The notes under the pieces: model-generated
The model's database searches: none
Told to the model about the DNA's origin: nothing
What the model saw: the letters and a program-made list of their open reading frames with translations, nothing else
Shown: piece after piece, positions 15,114 to 24,990 of the stretch
Layout of the letters: each line of letters starts with the position of its first letter
How positions within the stretch are numbered: the stretch's first letter is position 1
Source: Candidatus Saccharimonadota bacterium
GTDB lineage: Bacteria; Pseudomonadota; Alphaproteobacteria; CAJXXZ01; 1604HC
Length of the DNA stretch: 32,000 nt
NCBI RefSeq assembly: GCF_008189285.1
Contig: NZ_CP043315.1
Span: 570,001-602,000, forward strand
Reading direction: 5' to 3'
Made by a program: the position numbers and the translations under genes

Positions 15114-15256
15114 ATTTTAACTATTTGCAATAACTAAAAACATATAAAGTTATCCTCAAATAATTTAAAATCAATAAAGCCAAATCAAAAAATGCTTAAC
15201 TTTAACTTGATATATTGAGCCTTTTTATTTATAATCTCGTTGTTGGAGGTCTCTAA

Positions 15257-15610
15257 ATGAGAATTTACGGTTTCGTCTTGCCTAAAAATAAAGTTTTTAG
15301 ATATGCTTTGAGAGCTATCTATGGCGTTGGTGAATATAGAGCTAGACTTATATGCGAAGATATGAAAATAGAAGACTCTGTTAGAGTGAAAGACTTAGAT
15401 GATTCACATGCTGTGCAATTAGGTAAAACTATTGAAAAGCATGGATTTGTTATTGGTCCTGATCTTCAAAGAGAAATTAATGAAAATATCAAAAGACTGC
15501 AAGCAAATGGTAGTTTGAGAGGCAGGAGACATCTATATGGACTTCCTGTTAATGGACAAAGAACCAAATCAAATGCTAAATCTGCTAGACGTAGAAAGAA
15601 AGTGATGTAA
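15257..15610 (+). CDS. rpsM: 30S ribosomal protein S13
   Basis: S13 motifs: ALRAIYGVGEYRA, DLQREINENIKRL, LRGRRHLYGLPVNGQRTKSNA. Confidence 0.92.
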   Translation: MRIYGFVLPKNKVFRYALRAIYGVGEYRARLICEDMKIEDSVRVKDLDDSHAVQLGKTIEKHGFVIGPDLQREINENIKRLQANGSLRGRRHLYGLPVNGQRTKSNAKSARRRKKVM

Positions 15611-15993
15611 TGGTTAGAGTAACTAAAAGAAGTAAAAAAGAAATTCATTCTCATGTTATGGTTCATATCAGTTCAAGTTCTAATAATACTATAATGACAG
15701 CTTTTTCAGACAAAACTAAAGCTGTTGTTGCATGGTCTTCCCCTGGTGCAGTTGGATTTAAAGGAGCTAGAAAAGCTACCCCTTTTGCCTCACAAGCTGC
15801 CGCAGAAGACCTATCTAATAAAATGGATGGATTTAGCGTAAAAAGCATATCTATTATATTTAGAGGGTTAGGAAATGGTAGAGACGCTGCATTGAAAACA
15901 TTTCAAACTAGAGGATTCATGGTAAAAACAATAGCAGATAGAACTAGTTTTCCATTTAATGGAGTTAGAATGCGTAGGAGACGTCGTGTCTGA
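15610..15993 (+). CDS. rpsK: 30S ribosomal protein S11
   Basis: S11 motifs: HISSSSNNTIMT, GFKGARKATPFASQAAAE, GLGNGRDAALKTFQTRGF, DRTSFPFNGVRMRRRRRV. TAATG overlap with rpsM. Confidence 0.92.
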   Translation: MVRVTKRSKKEIHSHVMVHISSSSNNTIMTAFSDKTKAVVAWSSPGAVGFKGARKATPFASQAAAEDLSNKMDGFSVKSISIIFRGLGNGRDAALKTFQTRGFMVKTIADRTSFPFNGVRMRRRRRV

Positions 15994-16003
15994 TAAGAAT
16001 ATA

Positions 16004-17167
16004 ATGTTAAATTCTTCATTTACTGAAGAACAAGACTCATCTTTTGTAAGTTCTAATAATAAAAATACAGAATCTGTTGTTTTTGGACCTCTGGATCCTG
16101 GATATGGAGTTACTGTAGGAAACTCTATTAGAAGAGTTTTGCTTTCTTCAATTCCTGGATTAGGATTAGTTGGGTTCAAAATCAAAGGCGTTAACAATGT
16201 GTTTTCATCTATTGATGGAGCTCATGAAGATGTTAAATACATAGTTATAAACATGAAAAAAATGATATTTAAATCCAATTTAAATGAATTTACCATGTCA
16301 TTAAAAGCTAAAGATGGTCAAGTTACAGCTGGAATGTTTTCTTTAGTAATCAATAGAGAGAAAATTTCTTTTGATTCCCTAAACTCAGCTAAAGATGAAG
16401 ACTTGTCTGATGATTTGAATTTTGATGAAAGTGAAAGCTCTTCTGATAATTTAGATTCTGAAGAATCCAATGAAAATGAAACAAATGATGATAGCTCAAA
16501 AGAGGTTGAGTCTAGCGATATTGCTGACGAACTAGATGATTCTGATTTATCTGTTGAGATTTTAAATCCTGATCAACATATATGTCATTTATCCAAAGAC
16601 ACTGAAATTGAGATTGAGATTTTTGTTAAATTAGGAAAAGGATACGCTTCTTCAAATTCATTAGATATTCCTGATGGGTTTATCAAAGTTGACGCCTCTT
16701 TTAGCCCAATAAGAAGGGTAGCTTGTGAAATAAGCAATGTTAGAGTTGGTCAAAGAACTGACTATGATCAATTAACTCTAAATGTAGAAACAAATGGAAC
16801 CGTTCAGTCTTCAGTTGCTGTTAATAAATCTTGTTCTATTTTGCGAGACTTGTTTGATGAGCTAATGAATCAAAACCAATCTGAAAAAAGTGTTGTGGAT
16901 CAAGATGACACAGTTGACGAAAGATGGTCTCATGAAATTAGCTCTGCATTAAATTTGTCCAATAGAGCTCAAAATCTTATAGATGCCTTGGAATTTGTTT
17001 ATATAGGAGATCTTGTTATATCAAATGAAAAGCGCTTGCTTTCTGTAGCTGGATATGGAAAGAAAACTATCAGTGAAATTAAAGATTCTTTGTATGCTAA
17101 TTATAAATTTTACTTAGAAACTAAAATAGATAATTGGGAAACAATAAGACCTAAAGGAGTGTTATAA
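16004..17167 (+). CDS. rpoA: DNA-directed RNA polymerase alpha subunit, with an acidic insertion of about 60 aa in the N-terminal domain
   Basis: GNSIRRVLLSSIPG (N-terminal domain), VEILNPDQHICHL, GKGY, SPIRRVA, RTDYDQLTLNVETNG, and C-terminal domain LSNRAQNLI..YIGDLV..GYGKKTISEIKD. The ORF is open from 15959, but the ATG at 16004 follows the rpsK stop. Confidence 0.9.
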   Translation: MLNSSFTEEQDSSFVSSNNKNTESVVFGPLDPGYGVTVGNSIRRVLLSSIPGLGLVGFKIKGVNNVFSSIDGAHEDVKYIVINMKKMIFKSNLNEFTMSLKAKDGQVTAGMFSLVINREKISFDSLNSAKDEDLSDDLNFDESESSSDNLDSEESNENETNDDSSKEVESSDIADELDDSDLSVEILNPDQHICHLSKDTEIEIEIFVKLGKGYASSNSLDIPDGFIKVDASFSPIRRVACEISNVRVGQRTDYDQLTLNVETNGTVQSSVAVNKSCSILRDLFDELMNQNQSEKSVVDQDDTVDERWSHEISSALNLSNRAQNLIDALEFVYIGDLVISNEKRLLSVAGYGKKTISEIKDSLYANYKFYLETKIDNWETIRPKGVL

Positions 17168-17517
17168 TGCGTCATTGCGTAAGTAAGGTAAAGTTAAATA
17201 GAAAACAAGGAAACAGAAAGGCTTTGATTATGAATCTTGCCAGATCTCTCCTTTTGCATGGAAAAATTCATTCTACTAAAGCAAAAATAGCTGCTTGCAG
17301 GCCTTTTGCAGAAAAGATGATCACCTTAATGAAAAAAGGCGATCTAGCTTCAATAAGAAGATTAGTTGGTGTTTTTAGAAGCAAAGAATATGTTAAAGAG
17401 GTTTCTCAAAAAATTTCTGAGATGTATAAAGACAGAAATGGTGGATACACCAGAACTGTTAAAATTGGATATCGTCAAGGTGATGGAGCTCCAATTTCTG
17501 TTATTGAATTAGTATAA
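17167..17517 (+). CDS. rplQ: 50S ribosomal protein L17
   Basis: L17 motifs: MRHCVSKVKLNRKQGNRKALIMNLARSLL, IHSTKAKIAACRPFAEKMIT, GGYTRTVKIGYRQGDGAPISVIELV. Confidence 0.92.
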   Translation: MRHCVSKVKLNRKQGNRKALIMNLARSLLLHGKIHSTKAKIAACRPFAEKMITLMKKGDLASIRRLVGVFRSKEYVKEVSQKISEMYKDRNGGYTRTVKIGYRQGDGAPISVIELV

Positions 17518-18370
17518 TTTCATTCGAAATTATAATAAAACTTTAAGTAAAAGTAGATTTATATTAGTTTTTAGCTTAGTTAAGAAGGAAATATAAATTA
17601 TTCGTTTGATTTTTTTCAGCAAACTATAATAATTATCAACTGATTGTCAATTATTTTATATCGCTATTTCATTGTGAAGCTATCATTAAATGCATGATTC
17701 TTATCTTATTTTTTTTCAATCTACTTTTCTATAATTTCATTTAATTATGCTTTATTGGGATCATTTGTATTTTTCTACAAACCTCAACAAATTCCATTTA
17801 TTTCTTTAGATTGAATGAATTTTTTTACGATTCAAATCAAAACAACGAAAAGTTCAAATTTATATCATGAATTAAAAAATAATGAGAACTTATTAAAATT
17901 GGATTTAGATTATTAGGATTGAAAAGTGTCAAAAAAAATCATATAGAAAACTATGCAAGATAATCGCATAAGAAAATGAATTTGCGATCTATTTATCAAA
18001 AACTCATAGAGACAACAAAGGTTAATTAGAAAAGGTAGTTCATTTTAAGGCTTTAATTTATTATTTTGCAAAAGCAATAACAAGCCAATGAAAGTCGCAT
18101 AAATCAGGCCAATCATATCATTTCTTGTATTTATTTATAGATTTTAATTTATAATTTAATTTTGGATTTTTTAAATTAATAAACAATCTCTTGTTTTTTT
18201 ATTTAGACTCTATCTTGAAGAGCTCAATAAAAATCACTAGATCATAAATTGTAAATAGCATTTATTTTCCATTCTATCAAAGAAAAAACCTCAAACACTA
18301 TGTTAAAATTTATATTAAGATATATTTTATATCATTTGCTTGTGTGCAATCAATTAACAGCATTAGAAAA

Positions 18371-18422
18371 CTTAAACAAACTTAAACAAACTTAAACAAA
18401 CTTAAACAAACTTAAACAAACT
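18371..18422. repeat. Perfect 10-bp microsatellite (CTTAAACAAA) x5, plus a partial unit
   Basis: Read directly from the sequence. It lies in non-coding DNA downstream of fabZ. Confidence 0.95.
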
Positions 18423-18555
18423 GAGATTCATTGTAAATTTATTCAGAAGAACGATGTAAAAAAGCATTGTGAAATAAATTTCACATTTCATAAACAATTA
18501 AGCAGATGTGTGTTAATAAAAAAACATATGAATAAAACTAATATATGAAGCGTGT

Positions 18556-18999
18556 TTATTTTTTGCTCATTGCCATGAATTTTGCTTCGCATACTTTAGT
18601 ATCATCTATGAACCCTGTTCCTGTAAATTGAAAAATAGATCCTCTTCCTTTTTCTTGATTTACAATAAACTTAACTGTATCATTTTCCTCAACTGGCTTT
18701 CTAAATTTCGCCTGATCTATGCTCATAAAAGCAACTCCTGAAGGTTTTTTTTGCCCTTCTTTTTCATAAGAGTATGCAACGCATAGAGTAGCTAATTGAG
18801 CCATAGCTTCTATCAATATAACTCCAGGAACTACATGATAATCAGGAAAATGCCCAACAAAAAAATTCTCACTTGAGGAAAAAGTTCTGTACCCTATTGC
18901 TGATTTCCATAATTCTACTTCCTGAACTCTATCAAGGAATAAAAATGGATCTCTGTGAGGTATTAAAGCTTTGATTTGATCGATATTAAGCAAAATCAA
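18556..18999 (-). CDS. fabZ: 3-hydroxyacyl-ACP dehydratase FabZ (TTG start overlapping the skp stop)
   Basis: IPHRDPFLFLDRV, FFVGHFP..HVVPGVILIEAMAQ, FMSIDQAKFRKPV. Confidence 0.9.
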   Translation of the reverse strand: MILLNIDQIKALIPHRDPFLFLDRVQEVELWKSAIGYRTFSSSENFFVGHFPDYHVVPGVILIEAMAQLATLCVAYSYEKEGQKKPSGVAFMSIDQAKFRKPVEENDTVKFIVNQEKGRGSIFQFTGTGFIDDTKVCEAKFMAMSKK

Positions 19000-19541
19000 T
19001 CCTCTTCTGAATTTGATTCAGCGATCATTTCATCTGTTGCATCTTGCACATCTTCAGAATGAGCAACCACATGATTTGCAGGCAATATGATAGATCCATT
19101 TTTCTTTTTTAATATTTTTTTACCAGCTCTTCGCATTTTTTCACCAAGATCATTTAATGCTTTTTGGTGCATTAATTCCATTTCATCTGCTTTTGCATCA
19201 ATTTCTGACTGGAAATCTTGTTTCTGCTTTTGTAATTTTTTTTCTAACTCTTTAATTTCATTCTTTTGAGCTTCGCTTTTTGCAATTTTCTGCTTATTTC
19301 TTAGCTCTTCTTCCATCTTTTTAAGATTTTTCTTTTTTTCTTCACATTCTTTATCAAATTCAATTTTTTCTCTTTTAAGTCTTTGTTGTAATTTTCTAAT
19401 TATATTTGATGAATAAGCAATCTTCTCCATATCAATAACCAAAATTCCAGACCGTTCAGATTTATTATCAGAAGAAGTTGTGTCTGCCTGTGAATTAAGC
19501 ACGCAACAAACAAGCGAGCAAATTATGACCTTATGTAACAT
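18996..19541 (-). CDS. skp: Periplasmic chaperone Skp/OmpH family
   Basis: Signal peptide (MLHKVIICSLVCCVLNSQA), then a long Lys/Glu coiled-coil region. It sits between bamA and fabZ. Confidence 0.7.
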   Translation of the reverse strand: MLHKVIICSLVCCVLNSQADTTSSDNKSERSGILVIDMEKIAYSSNIIRKLQQRLKREKIEFDKECEEKKKNLKKMEEELRNKQKIAKSEAQKNEIKELEKKLQKQKQDFQSEIDAKADEMELMHQKALNDLGEKMRRAGKKILKKKNGSIILPANHVVAHSEDVQDATDEMIAESNSEED

Positions 19542-19734
19542 AGATCCTCCTAATTAATAGATTAATCTAAATTGATCTCTATTTAAAGTGCCAAACGAAA
19601 TTGAAAGCTGGTTAGGGTGAAAAATGCAAAACTGTATTGAGAGTAAGAAAAATAAAATGGCAAAGCTATAAAACTAAGCGCAATAAGTTGCTCCAATCAG
19701 GAAAAATGATGATTTAAAAAATATAGCAACTAAA

Positions 19735-22287
19735 CTACTGAGTCAAACCTATATTAAAGCTTTGAAATGAATTAAGTGGAGACTTCCCTCCGCAAATAGG
19801 GTAGTTTAACGATATTGCCATTTTTAGCACAGCTACCTTAAATTCCATTCCTATTCCACAAGAAGAAACTATCTTAAATTTATTTTGAGATATATCTGCT
19901 GTATTTTTATCCCATCCTCTCATTTCGCATAATGATTCAGGAACTCTTCGCGCGCTTAATCCACAATCCCACAGCGACCCAATATCTGCAAACGCAAACC
20001 ATCTTGCTTCAAATGCTTTAGGAAGCATTAAAGGGGCATTAAACATAATTCCAGAGCTTAAAAATTTCTTTCCTCCAAGAACATTATACCTAATCGCATC
20101 TCTTGGTCCATGAATATCAAATCCCCTTATATTTGCAGATTTAAAATTATCCATCCAGCTGTAATTATAAATTGGCGTAATGTGCCCACCATTTACTTCT
20201 AATGAAACATTGTATTTCTCTCCATAATATCTTGTTATCTGCATTCTTATATTATTCTTAAGAAAATTAGAAGTTCCAACATTAATAGTTGATCCTATTT
20301 TTGTGCTAAAAGTGTATTTTTCCGCTAAATCAGACATGGAAAATGCATGACCAATATTAAGAGCAACTTGACTCTTATGCTTGTCAAATTTCTTTATATC
20401 TTTGTCAAAAAATCTTGTAATTCCCACACCCTTTGAATACATTTCATCTGAATCTTTAGCGTATGTAGAGTTATCCACTACTTCTATATGCTTAAAACTT
20501 GGAGAAATTGACAATGAAAGCCCATGCTTCTTATGAGAAGAATGAATTCCTGCTCTAAACTCTATGCCTTTTGTTTTTGTTTCTATGGTTTTTGAATTTT
20601 CAGACCAATAAACTTTTTTGTCGTCTTTTTCTACTTTGTCTGGCTTTTTTTCTGATAAAGATAACTTGGCATATTTATCATTTTCTGTATTCTGAGTTTT
20701 TTCAAGTATATCTGAATACCTAATTCTTTCTGACAATATTCTATAGCTATCTGGAGATTGATCTGACCAAGTATTGAAATTGATTCTATTGTCTATAAAA
20801 GAGTTGTCTTCTACAGCTGGAAGAAAAAATACATCTGCTCCTGCAAAAACATGAACAGGCTTTCCATTTACAAATCTTTCTTCAATCTCAAAGCCAAATG
20901 ACCTTGATTCTCTAGATATAGACACATTGCTCTGCAAGCTTTTTCCCAATCCTAAGAAATTAACATCGCTATACCCAAACGTAAATGAATATTCCATCTT
21001 TTTCTGCAATGCAGCGCTAAGTTTAAATACCAAACTTCCAGTGCTTTTTTCTTTATAATCCATAATAAGGTCGGAATTATCTTTGTTATCCTCAACGTTT
21101 ATTTGAACATTATCACAAAATCCAGACCAAACAAGATTCTTTTTAGTTCTTAAAATTTCTTTGTCAGAAATAATATCACCAGGATTTAATGTAATTCTCT
21201 TCAAAATGACATCAGTATGAGTTCTAACATTTCCGTTGATAATAATATTGTTCAGTATTTTTGGCTTTTCCTCTTCGGCGTTAAATTCTATACTAGCTTC
21301 ATTGTTCTTTTTGTCAATTTTATGATTTACTTTATAGTTTCTCCCATACTTATATGCAAGTCTATCTTTAATTAATTGCTTCGCCTTGTTGATCTTTTCA
21401 TGTGAAAATAGATCTTTGCATGCTATCAATTTCTTTATTTCTTGTAATAGAAAAGCAGCATAATTCTTTTCTATGCTTGACGAAATACTTACATTTTTTA
21501 CCGTATATTGCTTTCCTTCAAATAAGTTCACAACTAGAATTTTTTCATTTTTTACTTTTTCCACTGTCATAGAATTTACTCTAAAATCTAAATAACCTAA
21601 ATTATAAGCGTGCCCTTCAATTTGCTCTTTGCTTTGATCTAACGATGAAAAGCTAATGCTCTTTGTGATAAATAACTTTAAAATAGCTCTGTGTTTTTTA
21701 GCAATCTGATCATATAAATCTTCAGTGCTAATTTCTTTGTTTCCAATAAAAATTACCTTATTTATGTTTTTAGGCTTTTCAACCATTACAACAAATTTCA
21801 AATCAATTTTCCCATTTTCTTCATTGGAATATGATTTAACTTCAACATAAGATGTCTCTTCCATGATTTGATACTGCATTCTTATTGTTTCTTCAGTTGC
21901 TTTAATGGTTTGCGGAGACACAAAGCTTCTTTTTTTTAATTTAGTTAAAGCCTCCCACTCTATTGGGTTTGAATTTTTTACTTCGTAAGTCACTTTTCCT
22001 AAAATAGGAAACTCTTTCACGCTTACAATCCATTGGTCATTTTTTCTACTAACTTTTATGTCTTCAAAATAACCCTGTTCACTTAAAGAAGAAATAATAT
22101 CGTCTTTGTTTAATTCATCTATAGAATCCAATATTGAAACAATCAAATCTTTTGATATTCTTTTATTTCCAGAAATTACATAAGATCTCTTGCTATGTTT
22201 TTCCATAACATCAATTGATTTAGATGAAGAGTCGCAATTTAAAGTGATTCCAGAAGTTAGAAGAAATAAAAATATAAAGAGACTCAC
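19735..22287 (-). CDS. bamA: Outer-membrane protein assembly factor BamA (Omp85). The likely GTG start at 22287 overlaps the rseP stop (GTGA).
   Basis: The size, POTRA-like N-terminal repeats and C-terminal beta-barrel fit BamA (..GIGMEFK.. and a short aromatic-containing terminus). The position rseP-bamA-skp also fits. The ORF is open to 22362, but the GTG start gives a signal-peptide-like SLFIFLFLLTSG. Confidence 0.8.
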   Translation of the reverse strand: MSLFIFLFLLTSGITLNCDSSSKSIDVMEKHSKRSYVISGNKRISKDLIVSILDSIDELNKDDIISSLSEQGYFEDIKVSRKNDQWIVSVKEFPILGKVTYEVKNSNPIEWEALTKLKKRSFVSPQTIKATEETIRMQYQIMEETSYVEVKSYSNEENGKIDLKFVVMVEKPKNINKVIFIGNKEISTEDLYDQIAKKHRAILKLFITKSISFSSLDQSKEQIEGHAYNLGYLDFRVNSMTVEKVKNEKILVVNLFEGKQYTVKNVSISSSIEKNYAAFLLQEIKKLIACKDLFSHEKINKAKQLIKDRLAYKYGRNYKVNHKIDKKNNEASIEFNAEEEKPKILNNIIINGNVRTHTDVILKRITLNPGDIISDKEILRTKKNLVWSGFCDNVQINVEDNKDNSDLIMDYKEKSTGSLVFKLSAALQKKMEYSFTFGYSDVNFLGLGKSLQSNVSISRESRSFGFEIEERFVNGKPVHVFAGADVFFLPAVEDNSFIDNRINFNTWSDQSPDSYRILSERIRYSDILEKTQNTENDKYAKLSLSEKKPDKVEKDDKKVYWSENSKTIETKTKGIEFRAGIHSSHKKHGLSLSISPSFKHIEVVDNSTYAKDSDEMYSKGVGITRFFDKDIKKFDKHKSQVALNIGHAFSMSDLAEKYTFSTKIGSTINVGTSNFLKNNIRMQITRYYGEKYNVSLEVNGGHITPIYNYSWMDNFKSANIRGFDIHGPRDAIRYNVLGGKKFLSSGIMFNAPLMLPKAFEARWFAFADIGSLWDCGLSARRVPESLCEMRGWDKNTADISQNKFKIVSSCGIGMEFKVAVLKMAISLNYPICGGKSPLNSFQSFNIGLTQ

Positions 22288-23231
22288 AATATCATTCCTT
22301 TTAAGTCTGACAACATTATAAGTATCATGATCCCTAAACCCAAATACATTGTAGTGTAGCAAAATATTTGAGCTAATTTGCTGCTTATTAAATTGAATAA
22401 CTCGTATGCTATTCTTCCTCCATCTAAAGGCAAAACAGGTAATAAATTAATTACACCCAATCCTGCAGAAAGCATGATAAGCCACATTAAAATATCTTTA
22501 TATTCATACTTAGACACAACAGAATTGGTTGCCTTAAGAACCTTTAATGGACCTCCAATTCCTTTTAATGACATATTTTTGATTGATAGAATAAGATTTT
22601 TTGCATTAAGATAAAATAGCATATAAGAATACTTTGTCCCTTTTGCGATAGATTGAATAAATCCAATTTTTTTATATGAAATTTTGCTTTCAATATTCTT
22701 GATGCCTTCTATTAATTTTTCAGTTTTATCAGCAAAAATGACTTTATATCTAGCAACCCTAGCTTCATCTGAATTACTTGATTCAATTGTTTCTTGAGAA
22801 ATTTTTGCACTATCTAATAGATTTTCTTTTTGTTGAAATTGATCATTTAATTTATTTATTGAAATAATTTCCTGATTATGAAGATATAATTTTTGCTCTT
22901 GAGTTCCAAATTGTAAAAACAAAAATGATGAAACTAGTGCAGAAAAAACAAAATTTCCCATTGGCCCACCTAAATATAGAATGATTTTTGATAAGAATTT
23001 TAAATTCCCCTCTTCGCAATGAACATACCCTCCTAGTGGAAGCATTTTTATTGTCCATTTCGTTTGTCTTTTATCTGTATAAGAAATAATATCTGGACCA
23101 AACCCAACAGAGAATTCCTTTACTGTAGCCTTGTTCATTCTTGCAACTAGGTAATGTCCTAGTTCATGAAATATAACAACTATACTTATTGATAACATTG
23201 TAAAAATTAAATTGAATACATTATGATGCAT
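22284..23231 (-). CDS. rseP: RIP zinc metalloprotease RseP (site-2 protease). The ATG at 23231 is preferred over the TTG at 23255.
   Basis: HELGHYLVAR (HExxH) about 20 residues from the start. NLLPVLPLDGGRI near the C-terminus. KMLPLGGYV. Confidence 0.85.
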   Translation of the reverse strand: MHHNVFNLIFTMLSISIVVIFHELGHYLVARMNKATVKEFSVGFGPDIISYTDKRQTKWTIKMLPLGGYVHCEEGNLKFLSKIILYLGGPMGNFVFSALVSSFLFLQFGTQEQKLYLHNQEIISINKLNDQFQQKENLLDSAKISQETIESSNSDEARVARYKVIFADKTEKLIEGIKNIESKISYKKIGFIQSIAKGTKYSYMLFYLNAKNLILSIKNMSLKGIGGPLKVLKATNSVVSKYEYKDILMWLIMLSAGLGVINLLPVLPLDGGRIAYELFNLISSKLAQIFCYTTMYLGLGIMILIMLSDLKGMIL

Positions 23232-23395
23232 GATGCATTTTAACCAATAAATCAATATCGATCAAGGAAGCGATTTGTATTTTTAAGACTTTTTAACCTT
23301 GATTTCATTCTCATTTGCATGTCTTATTAATCACATATGCCTAGAAAATAAATATTGCAAAGCCAAAAATTAACTTTGTCTTATCTAGAGATTGA

Positions 23396-24973
23396 TTAGT
23401 TTTGTTTGTTTAAGCCAGCTTTGATCAAGTTATCAAATAACGGATGCGGGTTATTTAAATAAGTCTGAAACTCAGGATGAAATTGAACTCCAACATAAAA
23501 TGAATGATCCTTGATTTCAAATCCTTCTAGCAAGATATTATCTGGAGACCATGCAGATAAATTAAAAACTTTTTCCAACGCTTCTCTGTAGTGCAAATGA
23601 TTTACTTCATATCGATGTCTATGTCTTTCGCTAACTATTCCATCTTGCAATCTATCCTTATACATCTCCTGCATTTTGCCAGACATTTTGCATGGATACT
23701 GTCCCAAACGCATTGTTCCACCTTTAACGTTTTCCATGCACTCATCTATTAGTCCAATTGCAGGGTTTTCTATGTTTTTACAAAACTCTGAAGAATTAGA
23801 ATCAATGTTTACAACATTTCTCAACCCTTCAATGACCATAAGTTGCATTCCAAGGCAAATTCCTAAGCATGGAATATCATTCTCACGAGCAAATTGAAGA
23901 GCATTGATCTTTCCTTCAGTTCCTCTTCCGCCAAACCCTCCAGGGACTATAATGCAATCAAACTCTTTTAACTCTTCAGTTGCCAAGCAATCTGAATTAA
24001 TTGCAACTACATCAGCTTTGCATCTATTATACATCGCTGCATGCTTTACAGCTTCAATGACTGAGCAATATGAATCATTGATTTTGTTATATTTTGTAAT
24101 TAATGCAACTCTAATATTTTTCTCATAATGAAAAGATGGCATGCCTATTTCTTGTTTGGTCAGATGTTTGGTCATTTTTTGTTTAAAAAACTTACAAATT
24201 TTCGCATCCAATCCATCTTCATAATACTGCTCTAAAACATCATACAAGGATTCTTGATCCCAAGCTGGAAACACCATCTCCTCATCTAAATTAGCAAACA
24301 TAGCAATCTTCTTTTTCCATGATAAGTCGCCATAATATTTAGTAGATCTACACAAAATAATATCAGGCTTAATTCCAAATTTCTGTAATTCGCTTACAGA
24401 ATGCTGTATTGGCTTTGTTTTAAATTCTTCAGATTTTTTAAGAAATGGCATCAATCCAATATGCAAATACATAACATCACAAGATCTGGATTTTTGTCTA
24501 ATAGATTCTAAAAATGATAATCCTTCTATATCTCCAACCGTTCCTCCAATTTCACAAATCAAAAAGTCTGTATCTTCATCAATATTTGAAGTAATTCTTT
24601 CCATGATCATATTTGTAACATGAGGTATAATTTGCACAGTTTCCCCTAAATAATCACCTCTACGCTCACCTTGGATAACTTCAGAAAAGATTTTTCCAGA
24701 AGTTATATAGTCATCTTTAGTGCATGTAACTCCTGCAAAACGCTCATAATTACCAATATCCATATCAGTTTCTGTTCCATCTTCAGTCACAAAAACCTCT
24801 CCATGCTGATCAGGGCTTAAAGTACCCGCATCAACATTTAAATAAGGCTCTAACTTTCTCATCCTAACTTTAAAGCCGCGTTTTTTCAGCAATAAAGCAG
24901 TCATAGATGCAGTAACTCCTTTTCCTAATCCAGACATAACTCCACCAGTAATGAATATAATTTTTAAAGACAT
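23396..24973 (-). CDS. pyrG: CTP synthase
   Basis: IFITGGVMSGLGKG, LEPYLNVDAGTLSPDQHGEVFVTEDG, GGTVGDIEGLSFLE, glutaminase GICLGMQ, VGVQFHPEF. Confidence 0.95.
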   Translation of the reverse strand: MSLKIIFITGGVMSGLGKGVTASMTALLLKKRGFKVRMRKLEPYLNVDAGTLSPDQHGEVFVTEDGTETDMDIGNYERFAGVTCTKDDYITSGKIFSEVIQGERRGDYLGETVQIIPHVTNMIMERITSNIDEDTDFLICEIGGTVGDIEGLSFLESIRQKSRSCDVMYLHIGLMPFLKKSEEFKTKPIQHSVSELQKFGIKPDIILCRSTKYYGDLSWKKKIAMFANLDEEMVFPAWDQESLYDVLEQYYEDGLDAKICKFFKQKMTKHLTKQEIGMPSFHYEKNIRVALITKYNKINDSYCSVIEAVKHAAMYNRCKADVVAINSDCLATEELKEFDCIIVPGGFGGRGTEGKINALQFARENDIPCLGICLGMQLMVIEGLRNVVNIDSNSSEFCKNIENPAIGLIDECMENVKGGTMRLGQYPCKMSGKMQEMYKDRLQDGIVSERHRHRYEVNHLHYREALEKVFNLSAWSPDNILLEGFEIKDHSFYVGVQFHPEFQTYLNNPHPLFDNLIKAGLNKQN

Positions 24974-24990
24974 ATTTTTTTATTCCTATT

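Noticed and set aside
12713-15256. Looked for an integrase, transposase or IS element next to the tRNA genes and att-like repeats, and around the T6SS cassette
   Set aside because: Apart from photolyase, no ORF of suitable size or motif exists (no tyrosine-recombinase R..H..R..Y pattern, no DDE-like pattern), and no terminal inverted repeats were seen. Only the repeat scars are reported.
15466-16197. Minus-strand ORFs 15466..15666, 15663..15848 and 15868..16197
   Set aside because: They are antisense to rpsM, rpsK and rpoA, which are all firmly identified.
17518-18555. Replication origin in the 1-kb AT-rich spacer
   Set aside because: I found no clustered DnaA-box-like 9-mers (TTATCCACA or close variants) by eye. 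There is also no dnaA, dnaN, hemE or parAB context.
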